A stretch of DNA of 21,857 bases from Chlamydiota bacterium. GTDB taxonomy: Bacteria; Chlamydiota; Chlamydiia; Chlamydiales; SM23-39. The number at the start of each line of letters is the position of its first letter. Position 1 is the first letter of the stretch. The position numbers and the translations under genes were made by a program. The notes below the pieces were generated by a model. It was given only the letters and a program-made list of their open reading frames with translations, ran no database searches and was not told the DNA's origin. Shown here one piece after another: positions 7,898 to 17,351 of the stretch. The DNA is taken from contig JBCAXK010000027.1 in the NCBI GenBank assembly GCA_038534095.1, positions 1 through 21,857 on the forward strand, written 5' to 3'.

Positions 7898-8794
7898 ATG
7901 AAAAAGTGTTTAGTGTTTCTTTCTTTGCTTTTTGTGCTAGCTGGTTGTGATTCCAATAGTTTTGTGGTGAACGATATCGATGAAAGAGAGGCCAATGAGA
8001 TCATTGTCTTTCTTGCCTCCAGAGGCATTGTTGCGCAAAAAGTCGAAGTGGCAGAAAGCGCAGCAGCGGCAGCTACAGGGCCAAGTAACCTGTGGTCGAT
8101 TACCGTCAATACAAACGATCAGACCCAAGCAATGGCTCTTTTAAATCAAGCGGGACTACCTAGAAGAAAGGGGATGAGCCTACTCGAACTCTTTGCCAAG
8201 CAGGGACTGATGTCATCAGACCGGGAAGAAAATATCCGGTTTCAAGCAGGACTGGCCGAGGAGCTGCAAAATACGATCATAAAAATGGATGGAGTCATCG
8301 ATGCGGACGTTCAAATCTCTTTCCCCATTGAAGAGGGCTCTTCAGACGCTGTAAGCGCAGGTAGAGAAGCAAAAGCGCCGATTACAGCGGCTGTATACAT
8401 CAAGCATATTGGCGCGTTTGACGATCCTAACAGCCAACTTGAGACCAAAGTCAAGAGGCTCTTAGCAGGGAGCGTACAGGGACTAGATTTTGACCACGTA
8501 TCTGTGATTTCTGATCGGTCGAAATTTGCTGATATTACTCTTAATCCTGGGGGAGAAATGATCGCGGCAAAAAATTTGGATGAGGGATATGTGAGCATCT
8601 GGTCTGTTGTCATGACCAAAGGTTCTGCCGGTAGATTCCGGGCGATTCTCGTGACAATGATGCTTTTGATCATTGCTCTTGGGTCGGGCTTTTTGTGGAT
8701 CTTTTTCCGAAGTTATCCCACATTTACCCAATCTGCTCTCAGAAGAGTACGAAGACAACAGACCAAAGAAAAAGAAACTCCTACAGAAGAGTAA
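7898..8794 (+). CDS. sctJ: Type III secretion inner-membrane ring lipoprotein SctJ (CdsJ)
   Basis: Lipobox LAGC, motifs EREANEIIVFL, AGLPRRKG, ELFAKQGL and MDGVIDADVQISFP, and a C-terminal TM segment. Confidence 0.96.
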   Translation: MKKCLVFLSLLFVLAGCDSNSFVVNDIDEREANEIIVFLASRGIVAQKVEVAESAAAAATGPSNLWSITVNTNDQTQAMALLNQAGLPRRKGMSLLELFAKQGLMSSDREENIRFQAGLAEELQNTIIKMDGVIDADVQISFPIEEGSSDAVSAGREAKAPITAAVYIKHIGAFDDPNSQLETKVKRLLAGSVQGLDFDHVSVISDRSKFADITLNPGGEMIAAKNLDEGYVSIWSVVMTKGSAGRFRAILVTMMLLIIALGSGFLWIFFRSYPTFTQSALRRVRRQQTKEKETPTEE

Positions 8795-8803
8795 GAGGTA
8801 ACC

Positions 8804-9643
8804 ATGCGCCCCTCTTCCTATTTTGTCCTTTACGCAAAATTACAAACGCTTTCTGAAGATCATCAGCAAAGCCTCTTGCGCTGCTTATCAGATGAGCACA
8901 TTGAAGGAATCCGCAAACATCACATCAAGAATATGCCTCTTGCTTTAGAGGACTTTTCCTTGCCCCATCTTGTAGATAAAGTGCACTATTCTTGGCTCCT
9001 TCCCTTTTTAAGTAAGCAGGAATACCCAGCTCTTTTTTTCCCTCTTTTTTCTGAGAAAACCAGAGAAAAACTCGCAAAATCTCTATCCATACCGTGGGAG
9101 CCTTCTCAAGACGGCTCTAGTCCCCTTTTGGGCTACTTGCGCCTGGTTGTTGAAGAGGCCTTTTTTTGGGGACAAACGATTTTACCCGTAAGTTACTTAC
9201 AAAACTCCCCATTAAAAGACCTACTTTTCTATAACAAACAAGAGCTTGTGGATCTCATCTACGAACTCTCGCTGTGGGATATGGCGATTGAACTGCGCCA
9301 AATTGTGGATCAAAAGGTCTTACAAGAAATCGCCAGCACGTTATCGGATGAGGAAAAAAAAGAGATTGCCCGCATCTCAAAACAAGCCCTTGTCCCTCTC
9401 TTTCCAAGAGCGCATTACAAAGATTTGCCCTCCTTCGAGCAGGAGATGCACAAACGGGGCATCGCTCGTCTTGGCATCGCTCTTTTAGAAGAATCCTCCG
9501 ATTTTCTATGGCACATTACAAGAGTACTCGATAAAGGGAGAGGCACGCTCCTTTTGAATATGTATGAAAAAAAGGCGCTCGCTAATCATGCCCCCGATAT
9601 GATAAACTTGGTTTTGGATGTTTTAGAGGATCGCAGTTCATGA
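8804..9643 (+). CDS. T3SS-associated protein, CT560/SctK-like
   Basis: Sits between sctJ and sctL as in the chlamydial cluster. VHYSWL, LWDMAIELRQIVD and LWHITRVLDKGRG resemble chlamydial CT560-type proteins. Confidence 0.7.
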   Translation: MRPSSYFVLYAKLQTLSEDHQQSLLRCLSDEHIEGIRKHHIKNMPLALEDFSLPHLVDKVHYSWLLPFLSKQEYPALFFPLFSEKTREKLAKSLSIPWEPSQDGSSPLLGYLRLVVEEAFFWGQTILPVSYLQNSPLKDLLFYNKQELVDLIYELSLWDMAIELRQIVDQKVLQEIASTLSDEEKKEIARISKQALVPLFPRAHYKDLPSFEQEMHKRGIARLGIALLEESSDFLWHITRVLDKGRGTLLLNMYEKKALANHAPDMINLVLDVLEDRSS

Positions 9644-10266
9644 AATATTTTTCCCTTTTTTCTCAAAAAAGCGTTCGGAGAGGGAAAAATAAGATCATTC
9701 CCGCAAAAGAGGTGGAAGATCTCGTCAATGCCCAAGAAATCATAGAGATTACTAAAAAAGATGCCTTAGCCTACCGAGAATCGATCGTAAAAGAGTGTGA
9801 GCTGCTAAGGGAAAAAGCAGAAAGAGAAGGATTTCAAAGGGGGCTTGAGAAACTCTATGGACAGCACCTCCACTTAAAAGAGCTGAGCGAACAGCTCTCG
9901 GTCGAAGTGCACCAAAAAATCTTACCCCTAGCCATCCAAGCTGCGAAGAAAATCCTAGGAGAAGAGCTCAAAATACATCCAGACCGGATCGTTGCGATCA
10001 TCCTCCAAGCGCTTAAGCCCGTTGTGCAACACCATAAAATCACCATCTATGTTAGCCCAAAAGACTATCCCATTGTGGAAAAAAACAAGGGAATCATCCG
10101 AAAGATTTTGCAACAGGTAGAAACGCTCAAAGTCGAAGCTAGAGACGATGTGGAAGTAGGAGGCTGCCTGATTGAAACCGAAGCAGGTATCATCAATGCG
10201 CAGTTAGACAATCAGTGGCAGGCTTTAGAAAGAGCGTTTGAAAAATTTATGGAAGGCCCGAAATGA
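9640..10266 (+). CDS. sctL: Type III secretion stator protein SctL (CdsL)
   Basis: MKYFSL N-terminus, AEREGFQRG and GGCLIETEAGIINAQLDNQ (FliH/YscL family). Confidence 0.95.
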   Translation: MKYFSLFSQKSVRRGKNKIIPAKEVEDLVNAQEIIEITKKDALAYRESIVKECELLREKAEREGFQRGLEKLYGQHLHLKELSEQLSVEVHQKILPLAIQAAKKILGEELKIHPDRIVAIILQALKPVVQHHKITIYVSPKDYPIVEKNKGIIRKILQQVETLKVEARDDVEVGGCLIETEAGIINAQLDNQWQALERAFEKFMEGPK

Positions 10267-11048
10267 AACGGTTTTTCTGGTTTTTTTTTCTTGTATTTGT
10301 CGCCCATAGCGTCTTTGCCGTAGAACTAGGAGCGGCCGAAAATGGGATGCTTCAGGAAAGTACAAATAGCGGCGTTGCTTTAGAAGGCCCCTCAGTCATC
10401 AGCAAGATGGCTGTATTAGCTGGCCTTGCCATCCTCCCTTTTGCGATCATGCTCCTCACCTCATTTGTAAAAATGGTGATTGTCCTCGCCCTTTTGCGAA
10501 ACGCGATTGGAGTACAACAATCCCCCCCCAATCAAGTACTCAATGGGATCGCTCTTTTGATGACCATCTACGTGATGTTTCCTACAGGTCTTGCGATGTA
10601 CAACGCAGCAAAACCGGTCATTGACAAATCCCCTTCAGCTCTTTTTTCTGAGCAGTCGGCCACCTACCTCATGGAAATCATCGATCGGAGCAAAGAACCC
10701 TTACGCGATTTTTTGGTCCGAAACACCTACCAAAAAAATATGAACAGCTTTTTTAGCATGGCCAGACGGATTTTTCCAGAGCCGTATAAATCGAGCTTGG
10801 AACCAAAAGATTTTATCGTGCTCATCCCCTCTTTCATCACCTCCCAGCTCAAAAGCGCTTTTGAAATTGCTGTCCTTGTCTATTTGCCTTTTTTTGTGAT
10901 CGATCTTGTCACTTCAAATATCCTACTTGCGATGGGAATGATGATGTTATCGCCGCTAACGATTGCTCTTCCCATCAAGCTACTTCTTCTTGTGATGGTC
11001 GATGGTTGGACACTGTTGATTCAAGGACTCACTCTCACTTTCAAATAG
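10263..11048 (+). CDS. sctR: Type III secretion export apparatus SctR (CdsR)
   Basis: Motifs LLTSFVKMVIVLALLRNAIGVQQSPPNQVLNG, YLPFFVIDLV, LAMGMMMLSP and KLLLLVMVDGW. Confidence 0.97.
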   Translation: MKRFFWFFFLVFVAHSVFAVELGAAENGMLQESTNSGVALEGPSVISKMAVLAGLAILPFAIMLLTSFVKMVIVLALLRNAIGVQQSPPNQVLNGIALLMTIYVMFPTGLAMYNAAKPVIDKSPSALFSEQSATYLMEIIDRSKEPLRDFLVRNTYQKNMNSFFSMARRIFPEPYKSSLEPKDFIVLIPSFITSQLKSAFEIAVLVYLPFFVIDLVTSNILLAMGMMMLSPLTIALPIKLLLLVMVDGWTLLIQGLTLTFK

Positions 11049-11049
11049 T

Positions 11050-11316
11050 ATGTATAGCAACGAAATTTACCAGCTCACCTACCAATCTCTGATTTTGATC
11101 CTTCTTTTGTCGGGCCCCCCGATTTTGATCAGTATGGTCCTCGGTTTGATGGTGGCGATTTTTCAAGCAGCGACCCAAATCCAGGAACAAACCCTCTCAT
11201 TTACCGTCAAACTCTTTGCTGTGATCCTCACCCTGATGCTGATGGGAGGTTGGCTCGGTTCGCAAATTTTTAGTTTTGCTCTGAGGATTTTCACCAACAT
11301 CCACAAGTGGGGATGA
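11050..11316 (+). CDS. sctS: Type III secretion export apparatus SctS (CdsS)
   Basis: GLMVAIFQAATQIQEQTLSFTVKL; 88 aa with two TM segments. Confidence 0.96.
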   Translation: MYSNEIYQLTYQSLILILLLSGPPILISMVLGLMVAIFQAATQIQEQTLSFTVKLFAVILTLMLMGGWLGSQIFSFALRIFTNIHKWG

Positions 11317-12182
11317 GCGCTTTGGAGAGCACTTTTCGCGCAACCGATACCTACTTGAATATGGTCCTGAGCTATCCTGGTATTTCTCCCAATGCTGTCT
11401 TGGTTCTATTTTTACTCACGCTTTTTCGGATCATTCCGATCATTGTACTTGCCCCCTTTTTAGGTGGAAAAAGCCTTCCTAACGCTGCAAAAATGATGTT
11501 TGGTATTGCTCTTAGCGCAATTTTCATCCCCAATGTACTCGTGCATGCGACCAAAACTCTCGATTTCAATATGATTTTTCTCGTGTATGCAATCAAAGAA
11601 GTGGTCTTTGGGTTTGCTTTAGGCTTCCTTGTTTCTGTCCCCTTTTATATAGCCATGACGTCGGGAAATTTGATCGACCACATACGGGGAGCCTCTTCGC
11701 TGCAAATCACCGATCCCTCAACCCAAACGCAAACAAGTCGCTTAGGGCTTCTCTACAACTACGTTCTGATTGCTGTTTTCTTCATGATTGGGGGGCCTAT
11801 GTATTTTTTTCAGGCGATGGCCTCTTCTTTTGAGATCATTCCAGTCGATTCCTATTTCAATCCCGCATTTTTTGCAGGGAACGTTCCGTTTTGGAAGGCG
11901 ATGACCCACATCTTATACCGGATCATGAGCTTAGCATTGCAGCTAGCTGCCCCCTCTCTGATTGGAATTCTCATGACAGAGATGTTCCTAGGGATTGCCA
12001 ATAGGCTTGCTCCCCAAGTGCAAATCGTCTTTTTGGGAATCCCTTTGAAATCTTGGGTGGGTCTTATGCTACTCGCTTTAGCCTGGGTTTTTATCTTAGA
12101 TCAGCTAGGGAAGGAATCGCTCTCATGGATACGGATGATGGAGATTCTGTTGCAAAAAATGGGGCTCTATCACGCCTCTTGA
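11313..12182 (+). CDS. sctT: Type III secretion export apparatus SctT (CdsT)
   Basis: Motifs APFLGGK, KEVVFGFALGF, GNLIDHIRGA and LGIANRLAPQVQIVFLGIPLK. The ATG at 11313 (ATGA overlap with sctS) is preferred over the GTG at 11307. Confidence 0.95.
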   Translation: MSALESTFRATDTYLNMVLSYPGISPNAVLVLFLLTLFRIIPIIVLAPFLGGKSLPNAAKMMFGIALSAIFIPNVLVHATKTLDFNMIFLVYAIKEVVFGFALGFLVSVPFYIAMTSGNLIDHIRGASSLQITDPSTQTQTSRLGLLYNYVLIAVFFMIGGPMYFFQAMASSFEIIPVDSYFNPAFFAGNVPFWKAMTHILYRIMSLALQLAAPSLIGILMTEMFLGIANRLAPQVQIVFLGIPLKSWVGLMLLALAWVFILDQLGKESLSWIRMMEILLQKMGLYHAS

Positions 12183-13438
12183 ACAAACTCTCTAAGCGCC
12201 TCTAAGAAAAGATCGATTTCCCGATGCGTAGTGTAGATGCCAATCGAAGCTCTGCAGCTTGCGTTAAGAGAAAAGCGCTCATGAAAAGGATCTGCGCAGT
12301 GACGCCCGGTCCGAATCGCGATATTTCTTGTATCTAGTAGCGTCCCCAGGTCCATTGGGTGTAAAGGAGTTGTAAAACAGGCGATGCCAATTCTTTGAGA
12401 ACCTCCTATGACTGAGACCGAAGGCACCTTTTGGATGTTTTGATCCAAATACTCTTGTAGAGCTTTTTCGCGCCGTTCCACTTGTTTCATCCCATAACTA
12501 CTTAAAAAGTCGATCGCAGCTCCCGCTCCGATGATCTGCACAATCGGAGGCGTTCCCGCTTCAAACCGCAAAGGAGGCTTTTGCCAAGTGGCTTCTCGAA
12601 GACTCACCCGCTCAATCATATCCCCTCCCCCTTGGTAGGGGGGCAAACTCTCTAAAACCTCTTGTTTTCCATAAAGAACTCCAAGACCTGTGGGACCATA
12701 CATTTTATGGAAAGAAAAGGTGTAAAAATCGGCGCCGAGTGCTTGCAGATCTACTGGCATATGTGAAGGAGCTTGCGCTCCATCCACAAGAACTAACGCG
12801 CCCACTTCGTGCGCTTTTTTTGTGAAAAAAGCTGCCGGGTTGATGTTGCCTGTTGTATTGAAAACATGGGCAAAACAGACAAGGGCAGTTTTTGAAGAGA
12901 TAAGAGAACAAAACGCATTTTGATCAACCGTTCCATCCTCTAAAAGTGGAACAAACCGCAACGTTGCTCCCGTCGCTTTGGCTAACATTTGCCAGGGGAC
13001 AAGATTCGCGTGATGTTCTCCTTGGGTTAGAAGAATCTCTTTTCCCTTAGAAAAACGTTCTTGTAAGCAGGTTTTGACCAAATTGATCGCTTCGGTTCCC
13101 CCTTTTGTGAAGATGATTTCAGAGGGGGAAGCGGCCCCCAAAAAACGGGCAACCTTCGCCCGAACCTCTTCGACTTGCTCGGTCGCTTGCTGTGAAAGGT
13201 GATAAATCGCCCGATGCACCGTTGCGTAGCCTTCAGAAGAAAAAGTGTGCATCGCATCGAGAACAGAGCGCAGAGTATGGGTTGTTGCGGCAGAATCTAA
13301 ATAGACTAAGCTTGGATGATGAGCAAATATTGGGAAAAGAGAGCGAAGGCTCTCCTGTGAGAATGGCTCATCTTGCAAAGAAGGCTTATAAGAGCTAGAA
13401 GAGGAGGAATTAGAAGGCATGGCTTTGCAAAAACTCAT
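12170..13438 (-). CDS. sufS: Cysteine desulfurase SufS (group II)
   Basis: Motifs VYLDSAATT, ATVHRAIY, EHHANLVPWQ, DGAQ, SFHKMYGPTG (PLP lysine), FEAGTP and RTGRHCA (catalytic Cys). Start is uncertain (13438 or 13420). Confidence 0.95.
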   Translation of the reverse strand: MSFCKAMPSNSSSSSSYKPSLQDEPFSQESLRSLFPIFAHHPSLVYLDSAATTHTLRSVLDAMHTFSSEGYATVHRAIYHLSQQATEQVEEVRAKVARFLGAASPSEIIFTKGGTEAINLVKTCLQERFSKGKEILLTQGEHHANLVPWQMLAKATGATLRFVPLLEDGTVDQNAFCSLISSKTALVCFAHVFNTTGNINPAAFFTKKAHEVGALVLVDGAQAPSHMPVDLQALGADFYTFSFHKMYGPTGLGVLYGKQEVLESLPPYQGGGDMIERVSLREATWQKPPLRFEAGTPPIVQIIGAGAAIDFLSSYGMKQVERREKALQEYLDQNIQKVPSVSVIGGSQRIGIACFTTPLHPMDLGTLLDTRNIAIRTGRHCADPFHERFSLNASCRASIGIYTTHREIDLFLEALREFVQEA

Positions 13439-14618
13439 CGACCGATTGTTGGATCTTCTCTTGCCTAGAGGAAGGAAACGTGTCCAAGATTTCCTGACAA
13501 AATGCTTTGATCATCAGGTATTTTGCTATCTTGGGACCGATTCCTCGGCTGTGCAAGTAGAAGGCTGCTTCTCGATCATCTAGGCTCGCAACGGTCGAAC
13601 CGTGGCTCGCCTTCACATCATCAGCAAAAATTTCGAGTTCTGGTAGCGCTTTAACAGAAGCTTTTTCGGAAAGGATGAGCGCTTTACTAAGTTGATAACT
13701 ATCGGTTTTTTGCGCCTCTTTTTCTACCCGAATTTTTCCTTTAAAGGTGTTTTTCGATGACCCGGCTGCAATCGTTTTGATCTTCTGTGAGGAGAAGGTA
13801 TCTGGATGGATATGCTCCATGGTAACATCGATCTCTTTTTGGGTTTTCCCAGGTGATAAAAGCAAGCTAGAAGCGTAGGCCTGAGCTCCCCCTCCTAAAA
13901 GGGAGAAGTGGGATTGCTCAAAAGAGCGTTCGCTCTTTCCATGGAGACTCGTTTTTCGAAGAATGGCCCCCTCTTTAAGAGATCCAAAAAATGACGAGGC
14001 GCAGGTACCAAAATCCCCATAATCGCAATGATCGGCCCAAACGAGGGTAGCATTCTCTTCTAAAGAAACAAGGACATTGGAACTGACGCACCCTTTGAAG
14101 CGTGTGGCTTGCTCAGAGGGATCTTGTTCTATTCGTGTTGTGATTGTGCAAGAGGCGCCCCTTTCTGCGTAAACTTGTAGAGCAATTGGACTAAATACAG
14201 CCTCTTTAGTTTGCAAATAAACGATCTCTAGTTGCGCCTTTCTATTTTCCTCAATGTGAAACAGTAGAGGGGTCTTAGCACTAGCTAAAGAGAAAAAGGG
14301 AAATGGCCCTTTTTGCTTTTTTAGCGCAGATTGGAGCTGCATTTCAATCAAAGCGCCGTACACAGGATAGGCCTCTTCTAAAGAAAGAATCCAAAGTCCT
14401 TCTAACGTAGACGCATCAAGAGAAGAAAGTTCTGGGGCAAAATGACCATTGATAAAAACCATTTGCTGTTTTTTCAAAGGCCTCGAAGTGAGAAGATGCT
14501 TCTCACTTTCTACAGGATACTCAGTTTGCATGCGGGAGAAATAGGGATGTTTTGCCTCCTTTTCCAGCCGCTTGAACGCCGCTTCTCTAAACGGCCGTAG
14601 GAGCGTTTGCATTGTCAT
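13410..14618 (-). CDS. sufD: Fe-S cluster assembly protein SufD
   Basis: FKGKIRVEKEAQKTDSYQ, PELEIFADDVKASHGSTV and FYLHSRGI; lies between sufC and sufS. Confidence 0.93.
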   Translation of the reverse strand: MTMQTLLRPFREAAFKRLEKEAKHPYFSRMQTEYPVESEKHLLTSRPLKKQQMVFINGHFAPELSSLDASTLEGLWILSLEEAYPVYGALIEMQLQSALKKQKGPFPFFSLASAKTPLLFHIEENRKAQLEIVYLQTKEAVFSPIALQVYAERGASCTITTRIEQDPSEQATRFKGCVSSNVLVSLEENATLVWADHCDYGDFGTCASSFFGSLKEGAILRKTSLHGKSERSFEQSHFSLLGGGAQAYASSLLLSPGKTQKEIDVTMEHIHPDTFSSQKIKTIAAGSSKNTFKGKIRVEKEAQKTDSYQLSKALILSEKASVKALPELEIFADDVKASHGSTVASLDDREAAFYLHSRGIGPKIAKYLMIKAFCQEILDTFPSSRQEKIQQSVDEFLQSHAF

Positions 14619-15361
14619 GAAACCTCAACCGCGTAACCGAGCTCCTCGATCTCTTTTGCTAGATCCTTCGATCCCGATCGGACAATCTTCCCTTCCATCA
14701 TCACATGGACGTGATCGGGCTGAATGAGCTCAAGAAGCTTTGCGTAATGGGTGATGATGATGAGGGAACAAGAGCCTTTGATTTCATGGATTCTTTGCCC
14801 AATGAGCTTAAGAGCATCTACATCAAGCCCCGAGTCTGTTTCATCTAAAATGGCGAGTTTTGGTTGTAAAAGAGCCATTTGCAATAGCTCATTTTTCTTT
14901 TTTTCCCCTCCAGAAAACCCGACATTCACCCCCCGGTCTAAAAATGCGGAGGAGATATTCATCTCTTTTAGTCGCTCTTCTAGGAGAGCTTCTAGCGCTT
15001 CTTTCTCGAGAGGTTTTTTTTCGAGGTATTTCTGTTTTTCTTGTAGCGCTTTTTCCAAAAACTCCCGATTGGTGATCCCTGGCAGCTCGATCGGATACTG
15101 AAAACTCATAAAGAGGCCCGCGTGCGCTCTATCTGCTGGATCCATCGACAAAAGATCTTTCCCTGCAAATAGGATCTCTCCTTTGTCCACTTCGTAATCG
15201 GGATGGCCTGCCAAAACGCTAGCAAGCGTCGATTTACCAGCCCCATTTGGGCCCATAATCGCGTGAGTTTCCCCCTCTCCGATAGAAAGAGAGAGCTCGT
15301 CCAAAATGGTTTTTTCTCCGGTCGAAGCAGAAATGTTTTTGAGTTCTAATAAAGGATGCAT
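14615..15361 (-). CDS. sufC: Fe-S cluster assembly ATPase SufC
   Basis: Walker A GPNGAGKST, FQYPIELPG, VNVGFSGGEKKKNE and ILDETDSGLDVDAL. Confidence 0.97.
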   Translation of the reverse strand: MHPLLELKNISASTGEKTILDELSLSIGEGETHAIMGPNGAGKSTLASVLAGHPDYEVDKGEILFAGKDLLSMDPADRAHAGLFMSFQYPIELPGITNREFLEKALQEKQKYLEKKPLEKEALEALLEERLKEMNISSAFLDRGVNVGFSGGEKKKNELLQMALLQPKLAILDETDSGLDVDALKLIGQRIHEIKGSCSLIIITHYAKLLELIQPDHVHVMMEGKIVRSGSKDLAKEIEELGYAVEVS

Positions 15362-15363
15362 CG

Positions 15364-16806
15364 TTACCCCACAGAGTGTTCTAATTTGAGTGTTAAAAGT
15401 TTTTCCGCTTCAGCAGCAAATTCCAGAGGGAGCTCCGCAATCACATCTTTACAAAAACCGCTCACAATCATCCGAATAGCTTCCTCTCGGGGAATTCCTC
15501 GGGACTCAAGATAGAAGAGCTGTAGTTCGCTCATTTTCGAAGTGGACGCCTCATGCTCAACAGAAGAACGCTGATTCTTTACATCGATTACAGGAAAAGT
15601 ATTGGCCGAGCAGTCGTTACCCACCAGCATCGAATCGCACTGAGTATAATTCCTTGATCCCTCAGCTTTTGGCATCACCCGAACAAGTCCCCGATAACTA
15701 TTGTGGGAACGTTCGGCAGAAATCCCTTTCGAAATGATCGTTGAAGAAGTATTTTTCCCGAGATGAATCATTTTTGTCCCGGTGTCGGCCTGCATGTAAC
15801 CATTAGTGAGCGCCACAGAATAGAATTCCCCCACAGAATCGTCCCCTTTTAAAATGCAACTGGGGTACTTCCAAGTGATGGCGGCTCCCGCTTCGACTTG
15901 GGACCAGGAAATCTTTGAGCGGTCTCCTGCGCAAAGTCCCCTCTTAGTCACAAAGTTGTAAATGCCCCCTTTGCCCGTTTTGGGATCGCCTGCGTACCAA
16001 TTTTGGACAGTAGAGTACTTAATCTCAGCTTCTGTTTTTGCTACAAGTTCCACGACAGCTGCGTGCAGCTGATTCGTATCAAAAGAGGGAGCGGTGCACC
16101 CCTCCAAATAGCTCACATAAGAGCCTTCTTCGGCAATGATCAAGGTCCGTTCAAACTGCCCTGTATCCCTCTCGTTGATTCGAAAATAGGTGGAAAGCTC
16201 CATAGGAGAGCGGACCCCTTTGGGAACATAGACAAAAGAGCCATCGGTAAAAACCGCCGAGTTAAGAGCGGCAAAGTAATTATCTCCCGGAGGGACAACG
16301 GTGCCTAAATACTCTTCTAGAAGCTCTGGGTAACGCTCTACAGCTTCGGAAATCGAGCAGAGAACTACCCCCGCTTCTTGTAACTTTTTCTGAAACGTCG
16401 TCCCTAAAGAAACCGAATCAAAGACCACATCGACGGCCACATTGGTCAGCCTTTTTTGCTCTTCAATAGGGATCCCCAATTTATTTAGCGTTGCTAAAAT
16501 TTCTGGGTCCACCTCATCGAGGGAGCTTAAAGACTGTTTCTTTTTTGGAGCCGCGTAATAGGAGATGTTTTGATAGTCGATGGGAGGATACTGCACGTTC
16601 GCCCAGGAGGGCTCCTCCATTTGGAGCCATTTTTGGTAGGCGTTTAGCCGAAATGTCGTTAAAAAAGAGGGTTCCTTCTTTTTTTTTGAGATTTCTAAAA
16701 TCACCTCTTCTGAAAGCCCTTTAGGAAGAATCTCCGACTCAATCGGTGTTTGAAACCCGTATTTGTACTCTTTACTAGCAAATTCTTGTGAAAGATCTTG
16801 TGACAT
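15364..16806 (-). CDS. sufB: Fe-S cluster assembly protein SufB
   Basis: Motifs [42 protein letters not shown] and EHEASTSK. Confidence 0.98.
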   Translation of the reverse strand: MSQDLSQEFASKEYKYGFQTPIESEILPKGLSEEVILEISKKKKEPSFLTTFRLNAYQKWLQMEEPSWANVQYPPIDYQNISYYAAPKKKQSLSSLDEVDPEILATLNKLGIPIEEQKRLTNVAVDVVFDSVSLGTTFQKKLQEAGVVLCSISEAVERYPELLEEYLGTVVPPGDNYFAALNSAVFTDGSFVYVPKGVRSPMELSTYFRINERDTGQFERTLIIAEEGSYVSYLEGCTAPSFDTNQLHAAVVELVAKTEAEIKYSTVQNWYAGDPKTGKGGIYNFVTKRGLCAGDRSKISWSQVEAGAAITWKYPSCILKGDDSVGEFYSVALTNGYMQADTGTKMIHLGKNTSSTIISKGISAERSHNSYRGLVRVMPKAEGSRNYTQCDSMLVGNDCSANTFPVIDVKNQRSSVEHEASTSKMSELQLFYLESRGIPREEAIRMIVSGFCKDVIAELPLEFAAEAEKLLTLKLEHSVG

Positions 16807-16851
16807 CGAATGGCTTTGAGATTTGAAATAATTACCAGAAAATATGCACCT

Positions 16852-16880
16852 ATACTAGCGTTTTCCTAGATACCTGTCAA
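16852..16880 (-). promoter_or_regulatory. Sigma66/sigma70 promoter of the sufBCDS operon
   Basis: Minus strand: TTGACA (16880-16875), 17-nt spacer, TAGTAT (16857-16852); 45 nt upstream of the sufB ATG. Confidence 0.75.
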
Positions 16881-17006
16881 TTTTCCCACTTTTGATGCAA
16901 AGTAGCAACGCCCTTGCAAAATCCTTTCCCATCCTTACTAAACCATTCTAACGACGCAACTCCCCTGATGCAGCGGATAGATTGCAAAAATACACTGGAC
17001 CTAGAC

Positions 17007-17042
17007 CCTTTCCTTGGGGATCTACCTTTCCTTGGGGATCTA
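17007..17042. repeat. Perfect 18-bp direct tandem repeat (x2)
   Basis: CCTTTCCTTGGGGATCTA at 17007-17024 and 17025-17042. Confidence 0.9.
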
Positions 17043-17321
17043 ACTGGGTGGCACCCTCTTTTTATAGATCTACTGACAAACGCGCGGTTCACAAAAAGGC
17101 TTACTTGCTTGGTTGAAAAGATGAAGGTCTTCGTCCTATACCATCTGCACACTTTCTATCAGCAAATCTAACATAAGCAACTTATTGTTAAGTAAATAAA
17201 TTCTACCTGCATAGTTGTCATAAACGTCTCTCTTCCCCTGGATTAGCATTGAAAAATGTTCTAATTGAAAAAATATTTAATAACAATTCAAGGAATTTTT
17301 ATTAATTATTAATAAATAATT

Positions 17322-17330
17322 TGCTATAAT
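17322..17330 (+). promoter_or_regulatory. Extended -10 promoter (TGcTATAAT) of the 17352 gene
   Basis: Consensus TGnTATAAT in an AT-rich tract, 21 nt before the ATG; AAAGGGA SD-like sequence at 17342-17348. Confidence 0.6.
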
Positions 17331-17351
17331 ACGCATATTAAAAAGGGATTT

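Noticed and set aside
7898..12182. Flagellar export cluster (fliF/fliH/fliPQR)
   Set aside because: The first gene is a short lipoprotein of SctJ type, and gene order matches the non-flagellar chlamydial T3SS.
1648..16724. Many alternative-frame and antisense ORFs inside pyr, sct and suf genes (e.g. 1648-1980, 8311-8673, 14751-15101, 16003-16308)
   Set aside because: They are shadows of well-conserved genes with no independent motifs.
16877..17171. Overlapping 91-aa and 85-aa ORFs upstream of sufB
   Set aside because: Weak starts, no motifs, they overlap the promoter region, and their repeated peptides merely reflect the 18-bp duplication.
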